64,000 nt of DNA, taken from NCBI RefSeq assembly GCF_009914755.1, contig NC_060936.1; one strand, written 5' to 3'. Under the pieces are notes generated by a model that saw nothing but the letters and a program-made list of their open reading frames with translations, ran no database searches and was not told the origin of the DNA. Made by a program: the position numbers and the translations under genes. This DNA is from the human T2T-CHM13v2.0 reference genome, Homo sapiens. Shown here piece by piece: positions 1-13,406 of this stretch (positions within the stretch are counted from its first letter, which is position 1; every line of letters starts with the position of its first letter).

Positions 1-1651
1 AGTTGATCCATGTGGAGTAGATATAAAACTCAAGATTGAAACTGAAGATTGTAGTGGGCTCTTGGGCAATAATTTCTAAAGAACTATTCATACCAGACAA
101 ATCTTTATCAAAATATATGATAAATGTATACTATAACTGTGAGAGTAATTTAATTTCTTGGGATTGATATTTGACTTTTTTTTATATCACAAAGGAAAAT
201 GAAAGGCAACCTAGTCAAGAAAAATGTGACTAATTGGTTTAATTATGGTTCATCTACATGATGTAGTACTCTACAGCTGGTAGATATCTTGTTATAGCAC
301 AATATTTAATTGCATGGAAAACTTATTAAGTTTTAAAGAGCCTTTTATAGAATAGTAGATATAGTGTAATTCAAATTTACATTAAAGATGTATTTATATA
401 CATAGATAAAAGACTAGAATAAATATATCTATGTACTTACAGTGGTAATTTCTGGGTGATATGTCAGGGATATTTTTCTTTTCTTTTCACATTCTTCCGA
501 ATTTCTTCAAGAACTAGTAATATTTTAATAATAATAATAAAAATAATTCTTTTCTTACACTGTAGATTCTATATTCAGGCTTTCTGCTTTTGTGACACTG
601 GGATAACATATTTACTAGTGATATCGGACATTCCTGAACTATACATATAATTATGCACAAGAAGCACAAAAGGCGGTAATTTAATAAAGTGTTACTAAAA
701 CAAATTTCAAATTTTATAAAAACTTGTTCTCATTTTTTTCTCCATTCTAGTTTCTTTCAAGAATTTGGTCCATCCTCGTTTGCTTAAGTGACTTAATCTG
801 GATAAGCCTTAAAGAAGCACTTCTGTAGTAATTATGTTTTAAATTGATGTCAGTAGACAAAAGTTGTCTCAGACAGTTATAAAATAGTATTATAATAACA
901 AATGCTTTAAATGTAAACATAGACTAAATAAAAAGGCTTTCGTCTAATTCTTTTGTGGTCTGTTTTTTAGGCACACTAAGTGTCCCTACTTTAAGAGAGG
1001 AGAAGACAGCTTGATGGGCTGGCACATTAGTAGATACCTTCTGTAGATACTTTCAGACATCAATATTTTTACACTGTTTTTCTGTAATACAGAAAAGTAT
1101 TGAATCAGGGAATGATTAAGATTCAAAAAAAGTTTCATATTTCAATATTTATTGTTTCATCTCTGAGAGGATGTAAGGTATCTTAATATCATAAATTAAG
1201 TCAATCCCAAATGCATCACCTGGACCAGATGGAACATAGAGGCCAATGAACCTAGAGGAAAGCTTAATCAAGCACCAAGTGCTCAGAAACCTTGAATCAA
1301 GCTGAGTTTCTTTTATGTCTGTCCCTTTTAGCCATCTCTGTGGAGTCCAAGCTCTCTGCCTTGAAGCATTCTTCTCCACTTCTCTCCACTGGCAGGCAAA
1401 GCCATGTTGGTTTCCTCTGAAAAAGTAGACAACTCAGGTAAGAAAGGGGTGAAAGGGATGGCTTTGGGGGTGATTTAAGGAAGAAGAAAAGGCCTGCACC
1501 CTAGAAAAATATGATGAGGGCCACTCTTTGTGGTTAAGACATTGTCTCCACAAAACTTCTGTAAAAATGTAAGCATGTTTCTTGGAAAGATTAACACACT
1601 GACCTGTAACATCTACTAAAATAACAATGTCAGTATTTTAGTTAGCATTTT

Positions 1652-1654
1652 ACA

Positions 1655-1687
<33 letters not shown>
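1652..1687. repeat. (CA)n microsatellite
   Basis: acacacacatacacacaca... run with one interruption. Confidence 0.95.
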
Positions 1688-2589
1688 CAACTTTGAGCAT
1701 GACTGGTCATCCAGCCCATTCCATTGTGCACTGCATGGCAGATTATTCCCCTAGTACAAGTCTATTAATCTGATGTGCAGAGAAGAGGAGTTACTGCAGT
1801 GTGGGTTTCCTGCAAGGAGACAGTGTCCTGTGTGTGGAGACAGACCCAACATCCAAGGAAGAGGTAACGCTGTCACAGGGTAAAATAACTTCTATGAAAA
1901 GAGGAAAAGATGAAAACAAGAAATTCATGCTCCAAATTTTCAGTTTCATTCTTCAGTCACTAATTTTCAGGTCACCAAAAATGCACCGCACCTGGATGAA
2001 AATGAAGCTTGTCTTGGACCACCTTTGTTCCAGACGAATGTGTCACTCCACTCATTTAGTATTCCACGACTCAAATATTTTGCCTCTGATTTTTTTGTAT
2101 GGAATAAATTTGAGTAGTAAAATGCCAAACGAATGGTGAATTCCACATTAAAGATTTTTCTGATTGGATATGTAAAATGTCCCAGGTAACAAATACTATA
2201 GCATACAGCAATGGTAATTTACAAGGGGCCTGAAAGAGTTCACAGATTTTCAAACCTCAAAACAAATCAGGTGATTTCCGCACTTTGGGATATCTAATTA
2301 GGAGCCAAAGCCAAAAGAAGCCTTACACACTTCTCTGCCTATTGTTAGCAGGAGTATTCAAACTTGTGCAAAAAACAGAAACTAATCATCAGACCCAGTG
2401 ACCCACTTGGATGAGAAGAAAGAGTAATTTGCTTGGCATCTCCCGGACTGTCTCAATAATTTAAATTAAAAAAAAATTAACTAGTAAGAAATTTTTCAGG
2501 AACCAACTTAGCCCCCAGACCCAAACCAAAACTTGAACCTGGGACTTTTTGTAAGTGCTGACCAAGAAATGAGCTGTGAAGTTAAATAG

Positions 2590-3860
2590 CCGGTGTCGCC
2601 TCTGAACACACCCGGGCAGGGCGAGCAGGATGTCCTTGTCCAGGGAGACCCCTTCTCCTGGCTTTGGGGAAGGTGCTCCCTATCCCCGCAGGAGGCTGGG
2701 TCTGCAGGACGCAGCACTGGGCGGGTGAGAGAAAGCCTGGGCAGAAGAGCACGGAGCCGGCGACTGGACGCGAGCAAGGGGCGAATGGAGAGCGTCTCCC
2801 CTGCGCCAATGCTGTTGTTCCGGGTGCTGAAAAGCCGGGAACTTCCCGGAAAGCAGCGGCACTTTTCTCCCTGGAAGGTGGGTGTGGGGGTTCCAGGCTT
2901 CGCACCTGCTAAACCTGCCTCGTCACCTGGGAGGGGTCCGCCAGATGTGCCCCTCCTCAGCCCCATTTTGGGGAGAACGATGGGGGCGGGGGCGTGGGGG
3001 TGAGCACAGCCGGGCACCGCAGGCGGGACCCCGGGGTGCCCTTGCCCTCCTCTCCTGGGCAGCCGCACGCCGGGATCCCCACTCCACCTGCGCGCGAACT
3101 TTCGCCATCTGGGACTCAAGCGCCCGCGGCTTGAGCGCTGCGGTAAACAGAAGGCACCCGCGTGGGTTCCCAAGGGTGTTTGTGTGTTGGGTCTGGGGGA
3201 GCATGATCGGGGCATTCGCAGTGGGGAGGAAGAGGTGCTGCTGGCCGGGGCGAGCTGCCTGTGCTAAGGCCGCTCCCTGCAGGGCGAGTTCGTGCACGAC
3301 GACGTGTGGGCGACCGTGAACAACCCCAACGTGCGGCCCGGCGCCCCGCTCCGCTGAGGCATCTTCACCAACGACTTCTTGGGCCAGGGCATGGCCGAGA
3401 ACACCAGCCACAAGTCCTAGCGGCCGCTCAGCGTCCCCACCTTCAAGTGCACTCCTGTCTAGGGCTTCCCTTTGAGCCAGGGCCGGGTGTAGTTGCGGGA
3501 CTGGCTTGAAGGGAATTTCTATTTCTCATCACGCCTTGGCCTCTCTGCCTCCCTGCCTCTCCCACTCCAGCTGTTCACGCCACCAGGCTCCCAGGTCCTC
3601 TCCAGGCTAATCTGGGTTCCTGGGACCAGGCGGGAGGCGCGCGCTGGGGAGTTCCCTTCGAGTTTCCAGAGTTTCCCGAGGTGTCTGCGTTCTAGGCTGT
3701 TTGTTTTCTCTGGACAGACCTGGGAATGGGCGGCTGGAGCGGCCACCTCACTCCCCTTCCGCCAGCCCCTCTGGGTGAGCAAGAAAACCAGTCCTACACA
3801 GTTGGCCCCGGAGGTGTGGTGTGTGTGGAAGGGGCGGGGGAAATGCTGTTTTCAGGGCCG
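2590..3860. promoter_or_regulatory. CpG island / promoter-like region, probably the duplicated TMTC1 5' CpG island
   Basis: Abrupt GC- and CpG-rich block in AT-rich surroundings. It has GC-box/KLF-like G runs at 2982-3000, CCAAT at 2806-2810 and overlaps pseudo-exon 1. Confidence 0.85.
3235..3446 (+). pseudogene. TMTC1: TMTC1 pseudo-exon 1 (first TM helix and luminal DD loop)
   Basis: Translates VLLAGASCLC*GRSLQGEFVHDDVWATVNNPNVRPGAPLR*GIFTNDFLGQGMAENTSHKS*RPLSVPTFK versus recalled TMTC1 ALLAGASCLCYGRSLQGEFVHDDVWAIVNNPDVRPGAPLRWGIFTNDFWGKGMAENTSHKSYRPLCVLTFK. Stops at 3265, 3355 and 3418. Ends AA|gt at 3446/3447. Confidence 0.96.
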
Positions 3861-5217
3861 TAATTTCTCAGTCTTGTGGGAAGCTTTGCAGGTGGGGAGA
3901 CTGTGTGAGCCCCCTTGAATGTAGCTAGGATCTGCCAACGCTGGGTGGATTAGTGGGGGAAGCAGAAAAGGTATCAAAAAAGGAAGGATCTGAGATTTCA
4001 CTCTTCTTACAGCAAACGGTTACCTTGCCAACATTTTATAGATGCTGTCAGAAGACAGGAGAAGCCTGGGCCAGAGACAAAGTACTTGGTTACTTTATTA
4101 CTCAGGACAGAACAGGCAGCATGGGCTTCAGATTCAGTTGGTTCTTCTTGCACCCCAAAGTCCTATAGGTGATACAGCAGTGGACACAGATGGATATTTC
4201 ATCCACACTAGTCTATGTCACAGCAGGTGATCCTCAATCTTTTAAAGGGGTTCTTAGCAAGCAACCGCCCCCAACCCCCACTCCCACCAAACACAAACAC
4301 ACCAAACTGCCTTTCCCCAGAGGATACATTATTATCCTGGTCAGGAAACAAATCTGGCTTCTGCTCCAATGGGAGACATTATCTCGATCTTCAAAGACCG
4401 TTTGCTACACAAACATTCTTGAAAAGTCATCCAGGACAAAAGCTGTAAGAAAAGGTATGGAAATGACATGGAAAATTTCTCCCCAACCTCCACCCTTGGC
4501 TGCCCCAGGTGCCTCCAACCTGACAAAGCCACCAGCAATCAAAACCCTCCTGGCATTGTGGCTAAGTGGTTTTCCTTGTGTATCCTTGAGATGTTTCTTA
4601 TGTGAATAGTTTAAAGTGTAAGGGGGAGCCAAAAAGTATTTTAGGATGGAGCGTTCAATTTAAATGATGCCGAGCCTCAGACCTTTGATTTTACAAGGAA
4701 CATAAAGCACTGGTCTTTGAACATTATTTGCAAACCATGTTTTATCTTAGTTACACAGAGAAGAGAAGGAAGGCTACGAATGAAGGAAGGCTGATAACTT
4801 AAGCTTTACACTGGATTGTGAAAGTGTAGGGGAATAACAAAGGGTCATAGTCCTGGGCCATGAGAGTTTTGTACATATCGTGTAGATGAATCCATGGCTG
4901 AAGTCTGGAGACTTCTTATGAAGAAGTTTATTTTAATCAATAAATGTTTTTCTATCTTCTTTTGGAGCTACTTGTATATTTTTCCAACCTTTGAGGACCC
5001 TGCCATCCCAATTTTAAAACGGGGAATGCCTGATCATGTCAAAGTAATGGAATTGTATGCCTACTGACAGCAGAGGTTTTCTAGCTATTTTTTCAACTTC
5101 ATCTCCACCTTACTCACTTACTTACTCCAAACCAGCACTTGTTTTTCTTGGTGCACACGTTACCCACTGCCACCTTAGGACCTTTGACTTGCTATTCCTC
5201 TTTCTAGAAAGCACTTC

Positions 5218-5512
<295 letters not shown>

Positions 5513-5994
5513 CTGGAAAGCACTTCTTTAACATGAATATGGCTTGCTCAGGCTTTGCAGAAAGTCACTCCTCAGAGAATCCTTCCCTGTTATCCTAGCT
5601 CAAGCAGCAAGCACACCTCCCTGACCTCAACAAAACTCTCTTATTTTGCTTTTTCTTTAATAACACTCATCACTTTCGGGCATTAGATATTTATTTTTTT
5701 ATTCTTCCCCAGACACAGCGCAAGCTCCTACCATCTAAAATACCTGCTACACAAAGTAGGTACTCAGGAAATGAATACATTAGGGGAATGGTAAGCAACT
5801 TTTCACATAATTTTTAAGATGACGCTTTTAATATGAGAATTACCTCTCTTTGTTCTCATTTCTTGATATCTTACCTTTTTCTCTCTTGCTACAAGAGAAA
5901 GCAGAGGCAGCCTGAGTTCCCTGCACTCACGCAGAGAGTGTGGGTGGGTCCTGATTACTGGCAGACTCTGATATTGAGAGCAGCTCTGCTTCTG

Positions 5995-6899
5995 AGGGTA
6001 TAGGGAAAAGCAATGTTTTTCCTTTTGTACTCTTACCACTGTTACAGGTGACTTCTGACACCAGAGGTACAGGAAAAACAAACTGTTTTTCTCTATGCAC
6101 TCTTACAACACTTCTGGTCACCAAAATGTGTAGAGGTTTCTCGCACACTAAACAATTCTCCACCTTTTGACAGACACTAACTGGGTGTCCTGCAATTCAA
6201 TTCTGACAGTAACCCAAGTTTGCATGGACCCCCAGCATACAGGTTAATGGTACAGGGCCACGAGATTGCTCCCAACTTCAGATGCCAATCACAAGCAGTA
6301 GATTCCTGGATTACCCATGACTTCTGTCTGACATGGCTACAAATCAGACATTCTTGTGACTCCCTGCTCAAATTCAAAATTTACTAAGAGCTGCTCATAG
6401 AACTCAGGAAAGCACTTTACTAACTACTACTCACTTATTATAAAAGGAACTCAGGAACATCCAGATGGAATCGATTCATAGGGCAAGATACGGGGAAGGG
6501 GAAATGAGCTTCTATGCCTTCTCGGGTTGTGCCACCCTCCATGTAGTCAGCAAGCTGGAAACTCTCCAAACCCTGTTATTTAGGGTTTTTTTTTTTAATG
6601 AAGATTGTATTACATAGTCATGATTGATTAAATCATTGGCCGTTCCTGATTAATTCAACCCTTAGTCTCTCTCTCCTTCTCAGAGGTTGAGGTGTAGGGC
6701 TGAAGGTTCAAACCCTCTAATCACATGGTTGATTCCTCTGGCAACCAGCCCTATCTAGAGGCTATGCAGGAGCCCCCAACCATCACTCATGTCATTGATG
6801 CAAAAAGACACTTACACTTTTGGAGATTCCAAGGGTTTTAGGAACTGTGTGCAGGAGACTAGTGACGGACCAAATACATGTATTTCGTATTATCGCACA
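5995..6899 (-). mobile_element. MER21-family LTR (3' LTR of a proviral remnant)
   Basis: Minus strand begins tgtgcgataatacgaaatac...atttggtc...cctaaaacccttggaat, as in MER21, and contains tggtgtcagaagt motifs. Confidence 0.75.
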
Positions 6900-7235
6900 G
6901 TCCGCCCTCTGGTCTCTGGCCACACACTTCTTATGGCAAAACAAAATAGAACTCAATAGATACGGGCACATTACTAGAGTCCCACTGAGTCATTAACAGA
7001 TTTCTTATTATTTCACAGTCCACCCTCTGGTCTCTGGCCACACACTTCTTATGGCAAAACAAAATAGAACTCAATAGATACGGGCACATTACTAGAGTCC
7101 CACTGAGTCATTAACAGATTTCTTATTATTTCACAGTCCACCCTCTGGTCTCTGGCCACACACTTCTTATGGCAAAACAAAATAGAACTCAATAGATACG
7201 GGCACATTCCTAGAGTCCCACTGAGTCATTAACAG
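6882..7235. repeat. Tandem repeat, 118 bp x 3
   Basis: Units start at 6882, 7000 and 7118 and are near-identical. Confidence 0.97.
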
Positions 7236-8700
7236 TTACTCCAAGGCATCATCACATCACATTGCATAAGCATGTCTCCCAGGGCCAGGCCACTCAGGTT
7301 TGCAGGTTTCCATTCAATCTCCTCAGGGTCCAAAACCAGGATTGGTCTCAGCAAATGTGTATATTCACTCCTTCAGGAATCTGCTATAATTGAGCTGAGA
7401 GACAATGTTATCTCTTGCACTGAACCTCTTTCAAAGTATTAATGTAATATTATATTTCCTTTATTACATAACTCATTTATTTATTCCTTTATCCTAAGCG
7501 ACAATTCCTCCTTGGCTTTATTTGTAATCAAGCTTTTTCACCTTTGTGAGGGATATTAGGCTTGGCGACTATGCTGGTCTAGATTACAAGGCATAATACC
7601 AGTCTAGCAAGAACCTCCCTCTCAGTTCACTCCCATTCATATAGGGTAGGGTTACAGAGATACAGAACTAATAGGATATTTTTTACCATCAGACAATACA
7701 GTTACATTCACAGCACCAATTTGCCAGATAAGGGGAGGGCGTAACCTGCCCTGTCAGGATTTTCGGGAATTCTAGTATAAAGGTTTTAAAGCATAGTTAG
7801 AGTTTCTTGATTGGAATCACCCTTGCTTCCAGCACTTGCAGTTGCAGCCTTGGTTCTGTATTGAATCACTGACCATTGAATCAGATAGGGAAAAACGATC
7901 AAGTCGGGGTGATGTGGGGAAGACAGAAAAAAGTATAGTCATCATTACCAGCATCTTCCCCATCCGCTCTTGATGATAATCGCATATTCATCCCAGCACC
8001 CTTCCCCATCCCCTCTTCCCCATCCCCTCTTGACGATAATCACATATTCATCCCAGCACCCTTCCCCATCCCCTCTTCCCCACACGCACCAGAAAAAGAA
8101 AGAATCTATCTAGCGGGGACACTCCTTTAGTCCCACTCATATTGAGTGTGACCCACACACTGTAAAGGCATGTACGCCAGCCCTTTGTGGCTTTATCTCC
8201 CCTTGCTTTAAACAACCAATGTTTCATTTGCCTGTTACACTTCTCTAGCACACTATTATTCTGAGGAGGGTGTCTCTGCCCATTGTTAGACATTACAGGC
8301 TGTAAAGTCTGTTCCTTGGTCTGAATAAATATGGTTTGTCAGTCCATACTGGTGTAACATCCTCTGTTTGGGTTCTTTAAAGCATTCTGAGCATTTGCAC
8401 CTATCACGGGGTAAGCAAAGCTGACTCCAGAGTCAGTGTCTAATCCTTTCAAGATCCAGTTGTAGCTCCCCCAGGGCTATCAGCATCAGTTTCACTTGCC
8501 AGCTATGTTCAGAGCCTTCCCTCCATGGAAATCTGCCCCATAGCCACTTGCAATCTCTGTCAGTTTTGCTGGCAGACAGACCATTCTTTTTGGCATTCTG
8601 TGCTTCGGAAGATGCAAGAGGACCATGTCTAGTTTCTGCCATCTCTCTACTGCTGCAGTCTTCTCATGTCAACTCATTTCATGGACCCAGTTCCTCTTCC
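6900..8700 (-). mobile_element. ERVL-like internal segment (MER21-int-like) with degenerate integrase
   Basis: Minus-strand fragments HSWQVK, WILKGLDTDSGVSFAYPV (about 8405-8458) and HPPQNNSVLEKCNRQMKHWL resemble ERVL integrase motifs. A purine tract abuts the LTR TG. Confidence 0.65.
7954..8082. repeat. Tandem duplication, 60 bp x ~2.1
   Basis: catattcatcccagcacccttccccatcccctcttcccca at 7983 and 8043. Confidence 0.92.
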
Positions 8701-9444
8701 TCTTCTCCCATGCCTTCTTCTTAGAGTTTTCTTTAAAGCTAGGTGATAATGAGCTGCATTAAGCTCAGATCAGAGCCATGAACTCTGCTTTCACCTCCAA
8801 GTGCACCATCGTGTTTGCACTGGTTCCTGGAATTACATCCTTCGGTACTTCAGATACATTGTGATGATGATTAGCTCATTTGCTCCTGGTATTGGTGAAA
8901 ATGTGCTAAAAGAGTAACTAAAATGATTAAGACTGAAGGGATTCACCTTAGAGGAAAAACAAGAAGAAGCAGATGTTGTTATTTATTGTCTAAATAATCT
9001 AGGAAGACTATAGAAACCACTTACAAGCATTTGAGAGCTGTAATTATGGCAAGAGAGGGGGAAGAAGAAAGACAACTGGCTAGAGAGGAAGGCAGGGGAA
9101 TGTGCTGTGTATTGGGCTGTGGAAACTCACCAGGAAAGTGTTACAGAACCCAACAGTGGAGACACCAGAAACAGATGATAAGGGAGTATATTTAATTCTT
9201 TTTCTCCCTTGGATTTTATCTTAAACTGTTAAGTGAATGTATATTGACTTACCAGAGAGAGCTAGGTTTGGCTGGAAGATGTAGCAGTTGGCCCTCTGCA
9301 CTCTGCCCTAAAATTTTCCAATCTCTGGGCTCCCTCCGGCTCTAGTAAATTACAATTTCTGGGGAGTAGGTCAGGAAATCTGCACTGGTAACAAGCACAC
9401 TAGGCAATTCTTTGATACACAAAAGTTGGGAACCACCAGGTGTG

Positions 9445-9665
9445 GTAATAACTAACATTTATGTAGCATTTACTGTTTTATACATGTAATCATTTTAATC
9501 CTCATAACAACCCTAAGAATTAGGTGTTATTATTGCCACTGTTTTGCAAAAAAGAAAACTGCGACAAAGAGAGGTTAAGTGATTGCCCAACCGACACAAC
9601 TAAGAAGCACCAGTGCCAGGATTTGTCCCTTACCTGACAGTCTGCTCCTAAATCCACATTCTTAA
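9445..9665 (-). mobile_element. MIR
   Basis: ttaatcctcataacaaccctaag...aaactgcgacaaagagaggttaagtgattgcccaa core motif. Confidence 0.75.
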
Positions 9666-10089
9666 GGCCCACAGGAGGCTGCCTCTTTGGGAAAAGTTAA
9701 CTTTGAAGTCCTGTTGGCCTCATGGGCTAGAACTACTAGGAGGAAGTGTTCCACTCCTCTTTTATCTAAAATGAAATGGTCCCTTATTTTTGTTTTTAAA
9801 CAGAGGTGAATGAACGATTTAAGGCCCTCTGTGTACATGTGTGAGCATGTAGTGATTTGAACACCTTAGATTTGTCCTAGATTTGTGCTAACTTGGCCAT
9901 GGGGCTTATGTCTTTTTGTATTGAGAATAAAAGGCTGGGATATTTAAGTTTGAAAGGAGCTTCTGCATTTGAAATAGGGAGATGCTTTCATGAGGAATAT
10001 TTATTGCTCTTCAAAAATTGAAACTGCCTACCTGAAAAAGGAGTTCAACCCAGGCTTAACAGACTGGATGCCAAGAAAGCATTTCATAG

Positions 10090-10423
<334 letters not shown>

Positions 10424-10735
10424 TTAATAGTGAATCTTATACCGTAAGTTTTCTGGGTTGGTTTTGGTTTGCTTTGTAGTCTGTTATCCAGGATTCTTCT
10501 TTCAGTCTTTGTGTCCATATTTTCCAACTCATATTATATACTATAGAAAACTAATATTCACAATGATGCACTGAGACACTTCTAAAATATCAAAAATAAA
10601 GACTTACCCATGGGGAGGTTGTATTCTAGTAGCAAGTGGAGATAAAGAATAAACAAATATAAAAATAAGTTAAACAAGATAAATAAATGGTAATGATAAG
10701 CACTGTGTAGAGAATTAAAATAGGCTGATATGATG

Positions 10736-11197
10736 CAATGTCTATTAACATAAGGTGGTCAAGCAAGGCCTCTGTGCAGAGGAGGTGACATTTAAATGAG
10801 ATCTGAGTGACAAGTGGGAAAGAACATTCCAGGCAAGAAAAGCACCCTGTGTAAGGGCCGTAATATGGTTTGGATTTGTGTCCATGCCCAATGTCTATTA
10901 ACATAAGGTGGCCAAGCAAGGCCTCTGTGCAGAGGAGGTGACATTTAAATCAGATTTGAGTGACAAGTGGGAAAGAACATTCCAGGCAAGAAAAGCACCC
11001 TGTGTAAGGGCCGTAATATGGTTTGGATTTGTGTCCATGCCCAATGTCTATTAACATAAGGTGGCCAAGCAAGGCCTCTGTGCAGAGGAGGTGACATTTA
11101 AATCAGATCTGAATGACAAGTGGGAAAGAACATTCCAGGCAAGAAAAGCACCCGGTGTAAGGGCCGTGATATGGTTTGGATTTGTGTCCATGCCCAA
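10736..11197. repeat. Tandem repeat, 153 bp x 3
   Basis: Units start at 10736, 10889 and 11042, with few substitutions between them. Confidence 0.97.
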
Positions 11198-11542
11198 ATC
11201 TCATGTTGAACTGGAGGAGGGGGCTGGTGGGAGGTGATTGGATCATGGGGGTGGATTTCACCCTGCTGTTCTTGTGATTGTGAGTTCTCACAAGATCTGA
11301 TGGTTTAAAAGCGTGCGGCACTTCCCCCTTCACTCTCTCTCTCTCCTGACCTCCTGACGCCATGTGAAGAAGGTGCTTGCTTCCCCTTCACTTTCCAACG
11401 TGACTTTAAGTTTCTTGAGGCCTCACAGTCACGCTTCCTGGTAAGCCTGTGGAACTGTGAGTCAGTTAAACTTCTTTTCTTGATAAATTACCCAGACTCA
11501 GGTAGTTCTTTATAGTGGTGTGAGAATGGACATTAGACCACA
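11167..11542 (+). mobile_element. MST-family MaLR solo LTR (MSTA-like)
   Basis: tgatatggtttggatttgtgtc...aaattacccagactcaggtagttctttatag. TSD ggccg/ggcca. Confidence 0.85.
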
Positions 11543-11806
11543 GGCCACAAGGTGAGATCAAGTATGATAGGTTTGGAAACGGAAAGACCAGTGTGGCTGG
11601 AGTGCAAACAGGGAGAAAGAGAGTGCTGCAGATGAGGGGGAGAGGTGGGCTGCAGCCAGAAGCAGAGCTCTATACACCAGGGCAGGGCAGTTTGATTTGC
11701 AATGGGAAGCAGTTGGAGTGCTTTTAAGCAGAAGAATGGAGTCCTCTAAGTTTTAAATGCTCTCTTTCTGCAAAGTGGACAATGGATTGTAGGTGGCAAA
11801 GAAACA

Positions 11807-12862
<1,056 letters not shown>

Positions 12863-13045
12863 GTCCTTTTTCATCTTAGGATATTACAATATGTTGCACA
12901 ATGATTGTGATAGTATGTGAAAGTTGTTTTGTTTTACTGTCTTTATTAGGAAAAAAAAATTAAAGGCAACTCATTGTCTTTACCCCAAGTTTTGTTTTTG
13001 AAATTGTGCTGATTTGGACTGGAGTCTATTGGCCTACTCTTCTAG

Positions 13046-13406
<361 letters not shown>

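Larger units (their letters stand above)
10600..11795 (-). mobile_element. L2 fragment interrupted by an MST LTR and a tandem triplication
   Basis: ggcctctgtgcagaggaggtgacattt...attccaggca and gaccagtgtggctggagtg...aatgggaagcagttggag L2 motifs on both sides of the LTR. Confidence 0.7.

Noticed and set aside
2508-3918. Cluster of 100-235 aa ORFs on both strands in the GC-rich block
   Set aside because: Expected from stop-codon scarcity in a CpG island. They are Pro/Arg/Gly-rich with no recognisable domain, and 2923..3411(-) is partly the antisense shadow of pseudo-exon 1.
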